Below are positions 1-8,241 of a stretch of 64,000 nucleotides of DNA, in pieces. The number at the start of each line of letters is the position of its first letter. The stretch's first letter is position 1. The stretch covers positions 992,001 through 1,056,000 of the forward strand of contig OY782781.1 of the NCBI GenBank assembly GCA_963678315.1. The letters run 5' to 3'. The stretch comes from Candidatus Cloacimonadales bacterium. Its GTDB lineage: Bacteria > Cloacimonadota > Cloacimonadia > Cloacimonadales > JAFGVF01. A program made the translations under genes and the position numbers. Under the pieces are notes generated by a model that did not search any database, was not told the DNA's origin, and was given only the letters and a program-made list of their open reading frames with translations.

Positions 1-696
1 AGCAGGGAACTTGATAGAAATGGTAATAAAACTAGAAGTAATTTTAGTTTTAATCAATGGACTAATTGGACTAACACTATGATAAATAGAATTGAAAGGA
101 TAATTGAGAATAATGAGCTAAAACTAATAATTGATGATCATGCAGTAAATACAATCGATCAAATCTTTGATGATAATTCTAACGAGATCTTTCTTATTGA
201 TTCAGACTTTGATAGAGAAGAATTAGATATTGTTATGTTTCTATTCGCAAAGCTTGTATACAAAAAGTATCAAACAGATGGTCCAAACATTATACTTGTG
301 TTAGAAGAAGCTCATAGATATATAAATGATTATGACAATAAAGACTACAAATTAGGAAATTATTATATTGAGAAAATTGCAAGAGAAGGTAGGAAATTTG
401 GGATAAGTTTAGTTATATCAAGTCAAAGACCTTCTGAATTGTCCAAGACAGTAATTTCTCAATGTAACTCTTATATAATTCATAAGCTTACTAATAAACA
501 TGATATAGAGATTGTTAGTAGATTTCTTAGTTATAACAGCCGTGAATATGTCAATTCATTAACAAGTCTTGAAAGACAACACGCACTAATTTGTGGAGAA
601 GCATTTGGTTTCCCTGATATTACTAGAATTTTTAATGCCAGTCCAACACCTAATAGTAATGATCCTGAGATTGTCAAGAACTGGCTAGAAGATTAG
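1..696 (+). CDS. HerA/FtsK-like ATPase, C-terminal part (truncated at window start)
   Basis: Frame is open from base 1; Walker B ILVLEEAH, REGRKFG and SQRPSEL motifs typical of HerA/DUF87 ATPases. Confidence 0.85.
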   Translation, partial: SRELDRNGNKTRSNFSFNQWTNWTNTMINRIERIIENNELKLIIDDHAVNTIDQIFDDNSNEIFLIDSDFDREELDIVMFLFAKLVYKKYQTDGPNIILVLEEAHRYINDYDNKDYKLGNYYIEKIAREGRKFGISLVISSQRPSELSKTVISQCNSYIIHKLTNKHDIEIVSRFLSYNSREYVNSLTSLERQHALICGEAFGFPDITRIFNASPTPNSNDPEIVKNWLED

Positions 697-922
697 TGAT
701 TAAAAAGCTTAATAAAATTATGAGAATGAAACGCTATTGGGAATGTCTAAAAAGAGCCTAATATATTGTACAAGAAGAGGTTCTAAAACTAGATGGATCT
801 TATCTACTTCTCGGCTCACACAATGATAAATAATTATAATTAGCCGAGAAATGAGCCGAGAATCAAGACACGATATCAGTTTTTTTAAATCTGAAATATA
901 TATATATAAATGTCACCTGTGA

Positions 923-998
923 AAGACCTTTTCGAAAGGTCTCTACACCCTTACTTGCCACCGTAAAAAATCGGCTTTTTTTCAAAGAGGCGCATGGG
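923..998. repeat. Palindrome agaccttttcgaaaggtct followed by a ~50-bp hairpin repeat (family B, degenerate copy)
   Basis: 923-948 is identical to 56158-56183; 949-998 resembles 40947-40997 and the reverse complement of 56185-56234. Confidence 0.8.
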
Positions 999-1033
999 CA
1001 AGCACTAATAACGGCTTATTATTATCAAAATAA

Positions 1034-1117
1034 CATTATCAATTGACAATTATGCATTGTTCATTAACAATTGTGAATTATGCATTATTAATTATGTATT
1101 GTTAATTATAAATTAAA
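1034..1117. repeat. Degenerate heptamer tandem array (aattatg/cattatc type), 11-12 units, directly before the mod RBS
   Basis: cattatc aattgac aattatg cattgtt cattaac aattgtg aattatg cattatt aattatg tattgtt aattata. Confidence 0.9.
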
Positions 1118-1129
1118 AATGGAGCATAT

Positions 1130-3121
1130 ATGGAAAAATTAAAGGGTACTAGTAAAGATTTACTAGCTGAAAATATAAATGAACTAAGAAAGCTTTTCCC
1201 TGAAGCTTTTACTGAAGATAAAATAGATTTTGAAACTCTGAAAGAAGTTTTAGGGGAATATGTAGAGAAAGATAAAGAACGCTACTCTTTCAATTGGGCT
1301 GGTAAGCAACAAGCACGCAGAGAAGCTCAAAAAGTATCTACAGGAACACTTAGACCTTGTAAAGAAGAGTCTGTTAACTTTGATGATACAGAAAATCTAT
1401 ATATCGAAGGTGATAACCTAGAAGTTCTTAAACTCCTGCAAAAGTCTTATCATAATTCTATCAAGATGATTTATATTGATCCTCCTTATAACACAGGTAA
1501 GGACTTTGTTTATAAAGATAACTATCATGATAATCTTAAAAACTATAAGCAAGTAACAGGACAAGTAGACTCTGAAGGCAATAAATTATCGACTAACAGT
1601 GATTCAGCTGGACGTTACCACTCTAATTGGCTTAACATGATGTACCCACGTCTAAAACTTGCTCGTAATCTGCTGAAGGATGATGGGGTGATTTTTATAT
1701 CGATTGATGATATCGAGGTTGGAAATCTTCGAAAAATATGTGACGAGATTTTTGGAGAAGAAAATTTACTTTCAGAATTAATTTGGCATTTATCTAGCGG
1801 GACTCAAGCAGGTCATTTTACACGTGCAAATGAAGCTATTCTGTGTTACTCAAAAAACAAAAAAGTGTTGTCTTTTTTTGAAGATAAGTCAGGTGGAACT
1901 ATTAAACATGGTGCTTTAAAAAAAATTTCTTTAGTTAATCCTAGAAGTAGAGTTTTGTTTAAAAAAGGTTCAATTACTTATGAAGGTCATAATGCTGTAT
2001 TTAATGGAGAATTAGGAGGATCAGAAAGACAATTTATAATTAGTGAAAAAATGCTATTTAAAGATGGTCTTTTAGATCAAGATGTCGAAGTAGAAGCAGG
2101 ATGGGCTATGAAAAACCAGTTGTTGTCATGGCTTGATGGTAAAGAAACTTATGATACAAAAGGTCAAAAAGTAATCCGCTTCTATTTTAATTCACAAGGA
2201 ATACTTTTTTATGAAAAAGAAAGAGGAACAGTTCATCCTAAAACCGTTTTACCAAGTTTTGTAGGGAATACTAAGTCAGGTTCAAATGAGATAAAAAAGT
2301 TATTTGACAGTAAAATTATGGATTATCCCAAACCATCGTCTCTCATTAAGTATTTATCGAAAGTTGTAACAAATAACGATGATATCATCTTAGACTTCTT
2401 CTCAGGTTCAGCGACAACAGCCCATGCAGTATTAGATTTAAACAAAGAAGATGGTGGAAACCGTAAATTTATTATGGTTCAACTTCCTGAACCCACAGCA
2501 GAGAAAAGCGAAGCTTTCAAGGCTGGCTATAAGACTATTGCAGAAATAGGCAAAGAACGAATACGTCGGGTAATTCATAAAATGCATAATTCAGAATGCA
2601 TAATTAATAATCAAAATACAGAAGAAGGGAATTCTCAATTATCCATTAACAATCCGTCTAAGCCGGACTTACGTTCTGAATTAGACCTTGGATTCAAGGT
2701 CTTCAAGCTTGATTCTTCTAATATCAAAGCATGGGATTCTCAACCTGAAGACTTAACAACACAATTAAAGGCATTTGTTAATAATATAAAAGAAGATAGA
2801 ACAGAAGATGATATCCTTTATGAGATACTTCTTAAGTACGGACTTGAACTTACAGTTCCAATTGAGAATTCAGAATGCATAATTGAGAATGGAAAGAGAA
2901 AAGTTAATATCTATAATATAGCAATGGGTGAAATCATTGCTTGTTTAGATGATAGTATTACTCTTCAAGTAGTAGAGCATATCGCAAAGATGAAGGATGA
3001 ATTTAATCCAGAGAGTTGTCGTGTTGTCTTTATGGATAATGGCTTTAAGAATGATGTGGTAAAGACCAATGCTATGCAGATATTGGCGAAGCATGGAATT
3101 GAGGAAATACGCTCTATTTAA
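1130..3121 (+). CDS. mod: Type III restriction-modification DNA methyltransferase (Mod)
   Basis: IEGDNLEVLKLL, IYIDPPYNTG catalytic motif, DFFSGSATT SAM-binding motif; lies upstream of res. Confidence 0.95.
   Translation: MEKLKGTSKDLLAENINELRKLFPEAFTEDKIDFETLKEVLGEYVEKDKERYSFNWAGKQQARREAQKVSTGTLRPCKEESVNFDDTENLYIEGDNLEVLKLLQKSYHNSIKMIYIDPPYNTGKDFVYKDNYHDNLKNYKQVTGQVDSEGNKLSTNSDSAGRYHSNWLNMMYPRLKLARNLLKDDGVIFISIDDIEVGNLRKICDEIFGEENLLSELIWHLSSGTQAGHFTRANEAILCYSKNKKVLSFFEDKSGGTIKHGALKKISLVNPRSRVLFKKGSITYEGHNAVFNGELGGSERQFIISEKMLFKDGLLDQDVEVEAGWAMKNQLLSWLDGKETYDTKGQKVIRFYFNSQGILFYEKERGTVHPKTVLPSFVGNTKSGSNEIKKLFDSKIMDYPKPSSLIKYLSKVVTNNDDIILDFFSGSATTAHAVLDLNKEDGGNRKFIMVQLPEPTAEKSEAFKAGYKTIAEIGKERIRRVIHKMHNSECIINNQNTEEGNSQLSINNPSKPDLRSELDLGFKVFKLDSSNIKAWDSQPEDLTTQLKAFVNNIKEDRTEDDILYEILLKYGLELTVPIENSECIIENGKRKVNIYNIAMGEIIACLDDSITLQVVEHIAKMKDEFNPESCRVVFMDNGFKNDVVKTNAMQILAKHGIEEIRSI
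2569..2667. repeat. In-frame heptamer inverted-repeat insertion inside mod
   Basis: cataatt cagaatg cataatt ... aattctc aattatc cattaac then tccgtctaagccgga; encodes HNSECIINN...NSQLSINNPSKPD. Confidence 0.8.
2864..2891. repeat. Second in-frame heptamer array inside mod
   Basis: gagaatt cagaatg cataatt gagaatg (ENSECIIEN); shares the 18-mer aattcagaatgcataatt with 2588-2605. Confidence 0.8.
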
Positions 3122-3151
3122 TTGATAATGGATAATTGATAATGGATAACT
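3117..3151. repeat. Heptamer array overlapping the mod stop codon
   Basis: tttaatt gataatg gataatt gataatg gataact. Confidence 0.9.
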
Positions 3152-3158
3152 GAGGAAA

Positions 3159-3208
3159 CTGGGAACGCCGGCGTCCCTGCCGGCTTTAGCATGTAAGTAC
3201 ATGCTAAA
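3159..3208. repeat. GC-rich REP-like palindrome plus a perfect 10-bp hairpin
   Basis: ctgggaacgccggcgtccctgccggc (compare 56351-56376), then tttagcatgt-aagt-acatgctaaa. Confidence 0.75.
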
Positions 3209-3216
3209 AAATATTA

Positions 3217-3258
3217 TATAATTGATAATTGATAATTCATAATGGAGAATTGACAATG
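3217..3258. repeat. Heptamer array forming the RBS and ATG of the four-helix-bundle gene
   Basis: tataatt gataatt gataatt cataatg gagaatt gacaATG; GGAG at 3244-3247. Confidence 0.9.
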
Positions 3259-3648
3259 AGAAGAAATATAGTCTTAGATAAAAGTTTTAAGTTTGCAGTA
3301 AGGATTATTAAATTATCTCAGTTTTTACAGAAAGAAAAACACGAATTTATTCTTTCAAAGCAAATTTTAAGAAGTGGAACATCCATTGGAGCATTAATTA
3401 GGGAATCTCAACATGCAGAGTCTTCTAAAGATTTTATCCATAAAATGAATATTGCTTTAAAAGAAGCAAATGAAACAGAATATTGGCTATTGCTACTTAA
3501 AGAGGGAAATTATATTTCACTGAAAGAGTTTGAAAGTATTAAGCCAGATATAGAAGAATTGCTAAAGCTGTTAATTTCTATAATTAAGTCGACAAAATCG
3601 AATAATAATCTAAGTGAAGAGTTTACAGGTTATGAAACTAATTCGTAA
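3256..3648 (+). CDS. Four helix bundle protein (TIGR02436 / 23S rRNA IVS protein-like)
   Basis: KSFKFAVRII, QILRSGTSIGA, DFIHKMNIALKEANETEYWL motifs; start moved from the track's 3229 to ATG 3256 on RBS evidence. Confidence 0.92.
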   Translation: MRRNIVLDKSFKFAVRIIKLSQFLQKEKHEFILSKQILRSGTSIGALIRESQHAESSKDFIHKMNIALKEANETEYWLLLLKEGNYISLKEFESIKPDIEELLKLLISIIKSTKSNNNLSEEFTGYETNS

Positions 3649-3653
3649 TCATT

Positions 3654-3688
3654 AATTGTTAATTATGAATTATCAATTAACAACTATA
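3654..3688. repeat. Heptamer array complementary to 3217-3258
   Basis: aattgtt aattatg aattatc aattaac aactata. Confidence 0.85.
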
Positions 3689-3701
3689 CTTTGGAAAAAC
3701 T

Positions 3702-4811
3702 ATGGATAAAAAAGAAAATTTATTAAATATCGAAGATTCTTTGTTTAACAGTATTACTGAAATTATAAATACAGCCAAGCAAAATATAATACGCTCTGTT
3801 AATATTAATATGGTTGTAGCTTATTGGTTAATAGGTAAAGAAATTGTCTTGTCTATCCAAAAAGGTTCAGAACGTGCCGAATATGGACAAGAGATTTTAA
3901 AAAATTTGTCTAAAAGATTAAATGATAAATTTGGTTCTGGTTTTTCTGATGCAAACTTAAAGAATTTCAGACAATTTTATCTTGTTTTTAGAGATAGACA
4001 AAAAAGCTACCCAGTGGGTAGCGAATTCGATTTATCAAAAAGCTACCCATTGGGTGACGAATTGATTCCAACTTTTCATCCTAACCTTTCTTGGTCTCAT
4101 TACCGTGCTTTGATGCGTGTTCAAAATGATGAGGCAAGAGATTTTTATGAAGTAGAATCAATAAAGGCTGGTTGGAATAAAAGAGAATTAGAACGTCAAA
4201 TCCATAGTTTTTACTATCAGAGAATGCTTAAAAGTAAAAATCCTGAGAAATTTATCACAAAAGTAAAAAATGATAAATTACAAAACATTGAAGATATTCT
4301 AACTTCCCCCAATGTGCTTGAATTTTTAAATATTCCTGATAGTACAAAACTATATGAATCTGATCTTGAAAATGCAATTATAAACAATCTTCAAAAGTTC
4401 TTATTAGAAATAGGAAAAGGATTTTCTTTTGTGGCACGTCAAAAAAGGCTTAAATATGAAGATGAAGATTTCTTTGTTGATCTTGTCTTTTTTAATTATA
4501 TTCTCAACTGCTTTGTCTTAATTGACTTAAAAATAGGAAAACTTACCCATAAAGATGTTGGACAGATGGACAGTTATGTAAGAATGTATGAAGATTTATA
4601 TAAAGTTCAAGGAAGTAATCCAACAATTGGAATTATTCTTTGTTCTGAAAAAAATGAAGCAGTCGCTAAATATTCTGTCTTAAACGAATATAAAAATATC
4701 TTTGCGAATAAATATATGTTGCATCTTCCAACAGAAGAACAATTAGCAAATGAGATAAGAAAGGAAAGAAAACTTATTGAAATGAAGAAAAATAATTTAA
4801 TTGAGAATTAA
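3702..4811 (+). CDS. YhcG/DUF1016 family PD-(D/E)XK nuclease
   Basis: YWLIGKEI, RAEYG, LSWSHY, FLLEIGKGFSFVARQKR, FVDLVFFN..IDLK motifs. Confidence 0.9.
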   Translation: MDKKENLLNIEDSLFNSITEIINTAKQNIIRSVNINMVVAYWLIGKEIVLSIQKGSERAEYGQEILKNLSKRLNDKFGSGFSDANLKNFRQFYLVFRDRQKSYPVGSEFDLSKSYPLGDELIPTFHPNLSWSHYRALMRVQNDEARDFYEVESIKAGWNKRELERQIHSFYYQRMLKSKNPEKFITKVKNDKLQNIEDILTSPNVLEFLNIPDSTKLYESDLENAIINNLQKFLLEIGKGFSFVARQKRLKYEDEDFFVDLVFFNYILNCFVLIDLKIGKLTHKDVGQMDSYVRMYEDLYKVQGSNPTIGIILCSEKNEAVAKYSVLNEYKNIFANKYMLHLPTEEQLANEIRKERKLIEMKKNNLIEN

Positions 4812-4884
4812 GAAGTATTTTTCGTGTTGTTTCGTGTATTTAGTGGTAAAAATGTATTTCGAGGTTAAAAAAGAGGTATTAAAA

Positions 4885-7842
4885 TTGAAAATAAAATTTG
4901 ATAGTAATTTAGAGTTTCAAAAAGAAGCAATTGCTTCAATAACAGGTATCTTTGAAGGGCAAGAAGTATGTAAAGATAATTTCTCTGTTCTTGCCCCAAC
5001 TGAGATAACTATTGAAAATGTTAATATTGAAGATAAAGGTGGTTTTATCCCAGGATATAGTAATAAATTAGATATTCTTGAAGAGGAGCTTCTTGACAAT
5101 GTGAGGAAGATACAGTTAAGAAATGGGCTTAAACAATCTTCTTCAATAAATAAAAAGGACCTTAACTTCACTGTTGAAATGGAGACAGGTACAGGTAAAA
5201 CTTATGTATATTTAAGAACAATCTTTGAAATGAATAAACTATATGGATTTACTAAATTTATTATTGTAGTGCCTTCTATTGCTATCAAAGAGGGAACGAA
5301 TAAGTCTCTTGATATAACTAAAGAACATTTTAAAGCTTTATATGATAATACTCGCTATGACTATTTTACGTACGAATCAAAGAAGTTAGAGCAAGTAAGA
5401 TCTTTTGCTACTAACGATTATATTCAGATAATGGTGACAACAGTGCAGGCTTTTAATAAGGATGCAAATATTATTAATAGATACAATGATAAGCTAGGAG
5501 GACTACCGTTACATCTTATACAGCAAACCAACCCTATAGTAATAATAGATGAACCTCAAAGTGTTGATAGTGCTGATAAATCAAAGGAAGCGATAAAATC
5601 ATTGAATCCCTTATGTTGTTTAAGATATTCAGCTACTCATAAAGAGAAATACAACTTGATGTATAAACTTGATTCTGTTGATGCTTATGAGAAGAAATTA
5701 GTTAAACAGATAGAAGTATCATCGTTAGAAGTTACAAACTTCCAGAATAATGCTTATATCAAGCTTGTAAGTGTTAGTAATAATAACAACTCTATAACAG
5801 CAAGACTTGAAGTTGATGTTATGGAAAAGGGCAAAACCAAGAGAAAAACCATAACAGTTAAGCAAAATACTGATCTAGTAGATAAGACTAAAAGAAATAT
5901 CTATAGTGGCTACATTGTTAAAGATATTGCTTGCCTTCCAGATAATGAGTTTATTGATTTTACTTCTAAGCCTGAAACAATAAGACTTGGAATGTCTATT
6001 GGCTCTATTGATGATAATGTTATTAAGAGAAGTCAAATTGCTACTACTATAAGAAAACACTTAGATAAAGAGCTTATCCTAAATCCTAAAGGTATTAAAG
6101 TTTTAAGTCTATTCTTTATTGATAAAGTTGCAAATTATAGATTCTACGATGATCAAGGCAATCCTCAACAAGGTAAATATGCTATTATGTTTGAAGAAGA
6201 GTATTCTAAAATAGCTAGTGGTGAGAAATATAAGAACTTGTTCAAACATATTAAAGATATAGGTGAAGAGGCTGAAGTGGTCCATAATGGTTATTTTTCA
6301 GCAGATAAAAAAGGTAAGCTAAAAGATACTAAAGGAACTACCCTTGCTGATGATGATACCTACTCTTTGATTATGAAAGATAAAGAGAGACTGTTAAGCT
6401 TTGATTCTAAACTTAGATTTATCTTCTCACATTCAGCACTCAAAGAAGGCTGGGATAATCCTAATGTATTTCAAATATGTACTCTCAACGAAACTAAAGC
6501 AGAGATGAAGAAACGCCAAGAGATTGGTAGAGGACTTAGGCTATGCGTTAACCAAGATGGAGAGAGAATTCACGGCTTTGATGTTAATACCTTAACTGTT
6601 ATGGCTAATGAATCATATAATGACTTTGTAACTAAGCTTCAAAAGGAAATTGAAAAGGATACAGGTATCAGGTTTGGAATTCTTGATAGTCACAACTTTG
6701 CAAATATTATTACTGGAATGGAAAATAATAAACCTATGTATCTAGGAGAACAGAAATCAGAAGAGCTTTATAACTTCTGCATCATGAAAGGATATGTTGA
6801 TAAGAGGAACAATAAAGTCAATGATCTACTAAGAACACACCTAAGAGAAAACACAGTAGTTATTCCTGATGAATTTGAAGCAGTAAAAGGACAAGTGTTG
6901 AAACAGCTTAGAAGAGTTGCTGGTAATCTTAACATCAAAGATGCTAGCGAAAAGAAAAAAATAGAAACAAATAAAGAAGTTCTTATTAGTGAAGAATTTA
7001 AGAATCTTTGGGATAAAGTTAAATACAAGACTACTTTTTCTGTTGATTTTGATTCGGAAAAGCTTGTTGAAAAGTGTGCTGAAGATATAAAGTATAATTT
7101 ATTTGTAAAAGAAGCTAAACTAACAGAAACTTCAAGAAAAATTAAACAAACTCGTGGCGGAATTCTTTCTGCTGATACACAAGATTACTCAACTACTGTG
7201 AAAGTAGGAAAAATCAAACTTCCTGATATTGTTGGTTATCTTCAAAATGAAACTAACCTCACCAGAAAGTCTATAGTTGATATCTTACTTAAGAGTGAAA
7301 AGCTTCAACATTTTAAGACTAATCCTCAAAAGTTTATTGATGGAACAATTGATATAATCAAAACACAGATGCGTCATTTTATTGTAGATGGTATAAAGTA
7401 CCAAAAAATAGGTGATGATTACTTCTATGCTCAAGAACTTTTTGAAAATCAAGAGCTGTATGGTCATTTAAAGCAAGATATGGTAGAAAGTAGTAAATCG
7501 CCTTATGAGTACGTGAAATACGACTCTAATATTGAATCTGAAATGGCTCAAAGCTTCGAGAAAAGTAACAATGTGAAAGTATATGCTAAGCTACCTGCTT
7601 GGTTCAAAATTGATACACCACTGGGATCATATAATCCTGATTGGGCTATACTGTGGGAGCACAACGGACAAGAAAAGTTATACTTTGTCGTTGAGACTAA
7701 AGGAACTCTCTCCTGGGAATTCTTACGTCCAACAGAAAAAGGTAAAATTGAATGTGGTAAGAAACACTTCCAAGCTCTTGGAAATGACGTAAGCTTAAAG
7801 GTTGCAGATAGTTTTGAGAGTTTAAGAGAGAGGATTAAGTAA
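4885..7842 (+). CDS. res: Type III restriction endonuclease subunit Res
   Basis: METGTGKT Walker A, IIDEPQ, ALKEGWDNPNVFQIC, YNPDWA..VVETKG nuclease motif; probable TTG start at 4885 after GAGGT (track gives 4801). Confidence 0.95.
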   Translation: MKIKFDSNLEFQKEAIASITGIFEGQEVCKDNFSVLAPTEITIENVNIEDKGGFIPGYSNKLDILEEELLDNVRKIQLRNGLKQSSSINKKDLNFTVEMETGTGKTYVYLRTIFEMNKLYGFTKFIIVVPSIAIKEGTNKSLDITKEHFKALYDNTRYDYFTYESKKLEQVRSFATNDYIQIMVTTVQAFNKDANIINRYNDKLGGLPLHLIQQTNPIVIIDEPQSVDSADKSKEAIKSLNPLCCLRYSATHKEKYNLMYKLDSVDAYEKKLVKQIEVSSLEVTNFQNNAYIKLVSVSNNNNSITARLEVDVMEKGKTKRKTITVKQNTDLVDKTKRNIYSGYIVKDIACLPDNEFIDFTSKPETIRLGMSIGSIDDNVIKRSQIATTIRKHLDKELILNPKGIKVLSLFFIDKVANYRFYDDQGNPQQGKYAIMFEEEYSKIASGEKYKNLFKHIKDIGEEAEVVHNGYFSADKKGKLKDTKGTTLADDDTYSLIMKDKERLLSFDSKLRFIFSHSALKEGWDNPNVFQICTLNETKAEMKKRQEIGRGLRLCVNQDGERIHGFDVNTLTVMANESYNDFVTKLQKEIEKDTGIRFGILDSHNFANIITGMENNKPMYLGEQKSEELYNFCIMKGYVDKRNNKVNDLLRTHLRENTVVIPDEFEAVKGQVLKQLRRVAGNLNIKDASEKKKIETNKEVLISEEFKNLWDKVKYKTTFSVDFDSEKLVEKCAEDIKYNLFVKEAKLTETSRKIKQTRGGILSADTQDYSTTVKVGKIKLPDIVGYLQNETNLTRKSIVDILLKSEKLQHFKTNPQKFIDGTIDIIKTQMRHFIVDGIKYQKIGDDYFYAQELFENQELYGHLKQDMVESSKSPYEYVKYDSNIESEMAQSFEKSNNVKVYAKLPAWFKIDTPLGSYNPDWAILWEHNGQEKLYFVVETKGTLSWEFLRPTEKGKIECGKKHFQALGNDVSLKVADSFESLRERIK

Positions 7843-8021
7843 AAAATCAAAAAGTGTGCCTAAATCATAAAAAGTGTGCCCATATAGTTTATGAGGGATA
7901 TAAATTTAGGAGGGCATTTAGATATCTTAGATCATATAACAATTGCTGATATAGATGTAGAATATTTGGATAAAAATTGGAAGCAGATTGAAATGTAAAT
8001 ATGTCATTGCTAAAAATAAAC

Positions 8022-8050
8022 TTGACATTCCGAAAATATAACGAGAAAAT
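8022..8050 (+). promoter_or_regulatory. Putative sigma70 promoter
   Basis: TTGACA-17 bp-GAAAAT upstream of the GHL10-polA genes. Confidence 0.45.
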
Positions 8051-8067
8051 TAAATACTTAAATATTA

Positions 8068-8238
8068 TTAAACCCAAATAATGCACTAGGACTTGAAAAA
8101 TAGCACTATATTATTTGGCAATAATAACTTTCATAATCTCAACTAGAATATATATTATTCAAGCTTCGATTCTGTAAGATATTTTGCTGAAATAATCTGC
8201 ACTATTTTCGTCAAACCTAATACATCATCTGGGTTAAA
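8068..8238. mobile_element. ~170-bp MITE-like element with long imperfect terminal inverted repeats (family A, copy 1)
   Basis: ttaaaccca...tgggttaa ends; central ~110 bp nearly identical to 55824-55927. Confidence 0.75.
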
Positions 8239-8241
8239 GGA

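Noticed and set aside
1130..3121. Classical phasevarion simple-sequence repeat in mod
   Set aside because: No long perfect homopolymer or tetra/pentanucleotide tract; the heptamer arrays are degenerate and the ORF is intact
2945..3256. Antisense 103-aa ORF and other short shadow ORFs opposite real genes
   Set aside because: The LSIIN/YQL-type text is translated heptamer repeat; the others overlap well-supported genes on the opposite strand or in another frame
3256..3648. Diversity-generating retroelement (Avd-like protein)
   Set aside because: No reverse transcriptase and no TR/VR pair with adenine-specific mismatches seen in the window
4801..4884. N-terminal extension of Res given by the track
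   Set aside because: It translates a repeat tract (FSCCFVYLVV); RBS position supports TTG at 4885
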